Of a DNA stretch of 64,000 bases, positions 62,585 to 64,000 are shown piece after piece (positions within the stretch are counted from its first letter, which is position 1; every line of letters starts with the position of its first letter). The translations under genes were made by a program, and so were the position numbers. The stretch covers positions 2,354 to 66,353 of the forward strand of contig JAKBZR010000005.1 in the NCBI GenBank assembly GCA_021842405.1. The letters are read 5' to 3'. This DNA is from a bacterium (GTDB lineage: Bacteria; Armatimonadota; Chthonomonadetes; Chthonomonadales; JAMCWF01). The notes below the pieces were generated by a model that saw only the letters and a list, made by a program, of their open reading frames with translations, ran no database searches and was not told where the DNA came from.

Positions 62585-63643
62585 ATGAGAAACTCTCTGA
62601 TAATTTACCTAATCGCGCTATCCCTTGTTTCCCTGATTATAGTTGGATGTGCTCACACCAATCAGCAACTCTTACACCCTTCTTTTAACACACAAAGAGT
62701 GGGACACAGTCTTATTAAACAAATTAAGGGGCGGGTTTTTGGCGTTACCTTTTCTCCCGATGGTAAGTTATTGGCCACCGCTGGTGGGGACGGAACCGTC
62801 AGGATATGGGATACAGGGACTTGGGAAGAGAGCCGAGTTCTGTCAGACGGTCGCGCTGCTGTTTCCGTCGAATTCTCGCCAAACGGCAAACTGTTGGCAG
62901 TCGGTACTGTTGGTAAAAAGGTGAGGTTATTTTCCACTGTCACATGGAAGACTGTATCCACCCTAACAGTTCCGCATCTATGGATGGCAGTGTTCATCGC
63001 ATTTTCACCTGACAGTAGGAGATTAGTGGCCACGAGTGGGGGATCGGTAGTAATCTGGAGCCTTGTCAACAATGAGATAGTGCGTACTCTCGGTGAGTTT
63101 AAGGATTTCATATTCGCGGTTGCATTTTCGCCAAATGGCAAGCGACTGGCAGCGGGAAGTTATGACGGCACTGTTCGGATATGGAACACGTCGAATTGGC
63201 GACCGGTGTATACATTCACCAATACTGGCCGGATCAACTCCCTTGCGTTTTCGCCAAACGGCAAATGGCTGGCGGCTGGAAGCAATGAAGGCACTGTTCG
63301 GATATGGAACACGTCGAATTGGCGACAGGTATATATATTCACCGGTATTGGTGAGGTCAACTCAATTGCGTTTTCGCCAAACGGCAAATGGCTGGCGGCT
63401 GGAAGTTATGACGGCACTAACGGCACTGTTCGGATATGGAACACGTCGAATTGGCGACTCGCGTCCACTCTTTCAGGGCATAAGGGTGTGATAATGCAAA
63501 TCGTGTTCTCTAATGATTGTAAAAGACTAGCTTCCGCAAGCGACGATCATACCGTTCGTATCTGGAATACAACAACTTGGCGACCGGTACGCATCATCTT
63601 ACCAATAATAGGACGAAGTTATCAGCCCAATCATTTGAAGTAA
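62585..63643 (+). CDS. WD40-repeat lipoprotein
   Basis: The lipobox is LIIVGC. Seven to eight FSP(D/N)GK.LA.G..DGTVRIW blades follow. The stop codon lies inside the adjacent MITE terminus (gTAAcagttcag). Confidence 0.8.
   Translation: MRNSLIIYLIALSLVSLIIVGCAHTNQQLLHPSFNTQRVGHSLIKQIKGRVFGVTFSPDGKLLATAGGDGTVRIWDTGTWEESRVLSDGRAAVSVEFSPNGKLLAVGTVGKKVRLFSTVTWKTVSTLTVPHLWMAVFIAFSPDSRRLVATSGGSVVIWSLVNNEIVRTLGEFKDFIFAVAFSPNGKRLAAGSYDGTVRIWNTSNWRPVYTFTNTGRINSLAFSPNGKWLAAGSNEGTVRIWNTSNWRQVYIFTGIGEVNSIAFSPNGKWLAAGSYDGTNGTVRIWNTSNWRLASTLSGHKGVIMQIVFSNDCKRLASASDDHTVRIWNTTTWRPVRIILPIIGRSYQPNHLK
63125..63499 (+). repeat. Intragenic tandem repeat, 3 x 123 bp (WD40 blades)
   Basis: cactgttcggatatggaacacgtcgaattggcgac occurs three times exactly, at 123-bp spacing. 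Unit 3 carries a 6-bp internal duplication (ggcactaacggcact). Confidence 0.85.
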
Positions 63644-63783
63644 CAGTTCAGTTCTCTGGGTAATTTAGGCAGCAGGCTTTTACCACTATAGCAATAATCA
63701 ACTCCCTCTCCCCTCGTGGGAGAGGGTTGGGGTGGTGGCGGCAAATGCTGCTAGAAAACATTCCCCGAAAATTGAACTCTTTC
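63640..63783. mobile_element. MITE-like element, short variant (inverted relative to 17271-17405)
   Basis: gtaacagttcagttctctgggtaatttaggcagcaggc... matches the inverse of the 17405 end. The right end is ccccgaaaattgaactctttc. Confidence 0.6.
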
Positions 63784-63940
63784 AATATTATTGCATAAAT
63801 CGCGCCAACTTCATCGAAATAATTGGTCATTTTCAATTGTGTCTAATGCTATTTAAATGCGGCTAATTATTAGCAGAGTTCAATTTCCGAGGATTTGGAA
63901 CGATAACTGCCCTCCTATAAAATCTAAAAAATGGGCTCTT

Positions 63941-64000
63941 TCAGTTTTTAAATTTATATATGGATTCCAGCACAAGAACCCAGTCCGGCGCCGCGTAATC
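63941..64000 (-). CDS. 3' end of a minus-strand CDS whose body lies beyond the window; product unknown
   Basis: My own reverse translation from the window edge gives DYAAPDWVLVLESIYKFKN*. With only 19 codons this is very weak. Confidence 0.2.
   Translation of the reverse strand, partial: DYAAPDWVLVLESIYKFKN

Overview
This is a 64-kb stretch of densely coding bacterial chromosome, with GC in the mid-50s by eye and about 55 genes on both strands. No rRNA, tRNA, tmRNA or CRISPR array was found.

Most of the window is ordinary housekeeping and carbohydrate metabolism.
- Cell wall and envelope: an amidase-GerMN-murI operon, kdsC, a PAP2 phosphatase next to uppP, PBP4/dacB, and a second PAP2 next to an OmpR/HisKA two-component pair.
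- Other housekeeping: rph, mog, smpB, yidD, galT and dgoD.
- Glycoside hydrolases: two DUF2961/GH172 paralogs, GH92, a GH13-family enzyme and several clan-A-like enzymes. A sulfatase-family protein and an S53 peptidase are also present.

Several items are worth a second look.
1. A visibly AT-richer island at 50540-52959 is the best candidate for an undescribed system. It encodes an MdnC/MvdD-like ATP-grasp 'ribosomal peptide maturase' in a non-canonical operon. Its partners are a GerE/LuxR-type HTH, a 128-aa protein with an Asp/Ser/Thr-rich C-terminal tail, and a membrane-anchored HEAT-like protein. A C12/G12 homopolymer lies at the regulator/substrate gene junction, a strong hairpin follows the putative substrate gene, and a MITE flanks the island.
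2. A decayed Rhs locus at 19508-22357 holds a 5'-truncated rhs and two orphan core/toxin fragments. The toxin tips are glycine-zipper-like, and low-GC membrane-protein genes in the immunity position follow them.
3. A family of about 205-bp MITE-like elements with about 30-bp terminal inverted repeats occurs in three near-identical copies plus variants and fragments. A second mosaic GC-rich palindromic repeat family shares modules with it. Copies fill most of the longer intergenic gaps that I read.
4. There are apparent relics of a cas1 gene and of an AAA-type (abortive-infection-like) ATPase gene.
5. An in-frame TAA separates an N-terminal extension from galT.
6. A 22-nt dyad motif is shared upstream of a TetR gene and the neighbouring ECF sigma gene.
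7. A WD40 lipoprotein gene contains three near-identical 123-bp tandem blades.

All functional calls rest on my reading of the supplied translations and on remembered family motifs. No database search was run. The taxon cannot be fixed from this sequence alone.
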